A stretch of 32,000 bases of DNA from Candidatus Saccharimonadota bacterium (GTDB lineage Bacteria > Patescibacteriota > Gracilibacteria > UBA4473), in assembly GCA_965228485.1 (NCBI GenBank), contig OZ245819.1:600001-632000 (forward strand), in the 5' to 3' direction. Under the pieces are notes generated by a model. The model was not told where the DNA came from. It saw only the letters and a program-made list of their open reading frames with translations, and ran no database searches. This document shows positions 30,394 through 32,000 of this stretch, piece after piece (positions within the stretch are counted from its first letter, which is position 1; every line of letters begins with the position of its first letter). Position numbers and translations under genes: made by a program.

Positions 30394-32000
30394 ATGCAAA
30401 AGTGGTGGCAGTTTCCCAACTCTGAAATCCGATCAAAATTTTGTTTTGAAGTCGGAGGTGGCCCTGGATCTCATACAGATTCTGGGGCAGAAACTGTTAG
30501 AGCTACAAGTAATGATGCAAAAACTGAAACCACGGAGGATATCGCGGGTATATTTGACCGAATTTCTGGCGCGCTAAAACCAGAAGAAATGAGCGAAGAA
30601 ACCAAAGATAAATTGGCTGAAAATAAAACTTACTTTCAATCTAAAGAATCCGAAATACAACAGGAAATTGATAAAAACAATCAACAAATTTCGACTTATC
30701 AAGAAGAAGTAGAAACTCTTCAAACAGAAAAACAAAGTCTAGAAGAAACCAATGATGCAGATGCTGAATCAAATATCATTCTTGGACTCATGCCAAATAG
30801 TCATGAAGAGTTTATGAATTTTGTGAAAACAAATCGCCCTTCTTCTGATGAAATCCGAAACTATCTACAAAGTGATGCTCTAGAAGATGTAAGCGATGAA
30901 CAGATTCAAGCCGTACTACCACTAGCAAGCCAAATGGTTACCAAACTTAATAAGATTGATGAAATTACGAAACAGATCAAAGAAAAAAAAGCTGAAATAG
31001 CAAAATTAGAAGCTATTAACCAAAAAAAACAAGAAGAGAAAAAAGCGAATTTAGAAACCGCCACTACATCGTTTCAGAGAATTGTAGAGGCAAATATAAA
31101 ACCTGATGCTGAGGATTTAGATGGTAAAAGTGCTGAAGAATTAGAAGATCTTCAACGAAACAGAACTCAGGCTATTTGGGCAGTACATAATCGTATTGCT
31201 GAGTCTATCAGATCAGGAGAACTCCCAGAACCAACCCAGCAAACTCTCATTAGTAATTTAAAGAAACTAGAACATTCAGAAGTTACAACCCAAGAGGAGG
31301 CTCTTACCATGATTTTAGCTGGAGTTGAAGGGGTTACCGCTGAAGAATTAAAAGCCTCTCCATACTTTGCTGATATACAAACAAAGCTAAATCTCATGGG
31401 AGAACGAAGCACTGTCAGAACAGAGAGTGATACACGTCCAGAGGAAACCACTACTGACACAGAAACCGAAGATCCACTGAAAGGTCATGAAACTTTCGGC
31501 CCAGACATGGAAGGTTTTTATCAAGAAAAAGCTGTAGAAAAAACTGGCGAAATTTGGGATGCTCACAATGAAATTGCAGAAATGATACGTGAGACGGAAT
31601 TATCTCCAGAGGCTCAACAAAAAATTATTGCGAATATCAAAAAACTCGAATACTACCCAGGGGCTACAGAAGAAGAATTTATCGCTATTGTACTTGCGGG
31701 AGTCGAGGGGGTAACCGCCGAAGAATTAAAGGCTTCTCCTTATTTTGCCAGACTTCAAGAAAAATTAACGCTTATAAAACAACGAAATGATATCCAAGTC
31801 AAAATGACCGAAGTTCAAAAGGCAAAGGTCCTTAGAAATATAAGTAATCTCGTCGAGATTTTTGTTACTAACGATGAGTTCTTTGCTGGCAATATTGCTC
31901 CTGAAACAAGGGCAAAGCTTAATGCCTTAAAACAACAAATTGATAGTGGTGCAGAAATTGATTTTCAAGAAGCTTCTACACTTATTACTCAGGTTATCAA
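30394..32000 (+). CDS. Large acidic coiled-coil-like protein (more than 535 aa, 3' end outside the window) with the shared N-terminal motif and an internal 76-aa duplication
   Basis: My own translation from ATG 30394 stays open to nt 32000. It is absent from the ORF track because no stop is reached. The sequence starts MQKWWQFPNSEIRSKFCFEVGGGPGSHTD..., with Glu/Lys/Gln-rich heptad-like stretches. Confidence 0.75.
   Translation, partial: MQKWWQFPNSEIRSKFCFEVGGGPGSHTDSGAETVRATSNDAKTETTEDIAGIFDRISGALKPEEMSEETKDKLAENKTYFQSKESEIQQEIDKNNQQISTYQEEVETLQTEKQSLEETNDADAESNIILGLMPNSHEEFMNFVKTNRPSSDEIRNYLQSDALEDVSDEQIQAVLPLASQMVTKLNKIDEITKQIKEKKAEIAKLEAINQKKQEEKKANLETATTSFQRIVEANIKPDAEDLDGKSAEELEDLQRNRTQAIWAVHNRIAESIRSGELPEPTQQTLISNLKKLEHSEVTTQEEALTMILAGVEGVTAEELKASPYFADIQTKLNLMGERSTVRTESDTRPEETTTDTETEDPLKGHETFGPDMEGFYQEKAVEKTGEIWDAHNEIAEMIRETELSPEAQQKIIANIKKLEYYPGATEEEFIAIVLAGVEGVTAEELKASPYFARLQEKLTLIKQRNDIQVKMTEVQKAKVLRNISNLVEIFVTNDEFFAGNIAPETRAKLNALKQQIDSGAEIDFQEASTLITQVI
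31171..31776 (+). repeat. Two copies of a 76-aa module, 126 aa (378 nt) apart
   Basis: Copy 1 (31171-31398): AIWAVHNRIAESIRSGELPEPTQQTLISNLKKLEH...ILAGVEGVTAEELKASPYFADIQTKLNLM. Copy 2 (31549-31776): EIWDAHNEIAEMIRETELSPEAQQKIIANIKKLEY...VLAGVEGVTAEELKASPYFARLQEKLTLI. Confidence 0.85.

Noticed and set aside
1-32000. Alternative genetic code (UGA recoded, as in some candidate phyla)
   Set aside because: All conserved genes (xth, map, adk, pyrE, the desulfurase, NhaP) are full length under the standard code. TGA occurs as a terminal stop at 5132-5134 and at 24149-24151, where it is immediately followed by TAA.
16503-32000. Integrative conjugative element or prophage
   Set aside because: No integrase, relaxase, VirB4, capsid/terminase gene, tRNA target or flanking direct repeat is visible in the window. 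This is not excluded, because the right boundary lies outside the window, but it cannot be supported from this sequence.

Overview
AT-rich, tightly packed bacterial window under the standard genetic code. Stops are mostly TAA, and conserved genes are intact with TGA as a stop. All calls come from reading the translations and recognising motifs by eye; no database search was run. The left half (1-16.5 kb) is mostly housekeeping: the topA 5' end, an HD-domain hydrolase, xth, a class-V cysteine desulfurase-like gene, an alpha/beta hydrolase, a SAM methyltransferase, an NhaP-type antiporter, an ArsB/NhaD-type permease, an eIF-2B-family protein, map, adk and pyrE. Interspersed are three Sec/lipoprotein-exported repeat proteins and a decayed FIST-histidine kinase pseudogene. 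The right half (16.5-32 kb) is an accessory-looking locus of very large genes. It holds a 950-aa membrane-anchored VirD4/TraD-like P-loop ATPase. It holds a 1437-aa secreted protein with four DUF11-type repeats, preceded by a 49-aa membrane peptide. It also holds three large acidic proteins (about 1111 aa, 894 aa and more than 535 aa) with no signal peptide that share a short N-terminal motif. The first of these three also carries a peptidoglycan-binding-like module and a C-terminal Hint (bacterial intein-like) domain bracketed by perfect (Asp/Ser/Gly) tandem repeats. Three transcription units in this locus carry near-identical extended -10 promoters. I propose this locus as a candidate undescribed export or cell-surface system, possibly in a reduced-genome Patescibacteria/CPR-like organism; both the system and the lineage are inference only. 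No rRNA, tRNA, CRISPR array, transposase or integrase was recognised.
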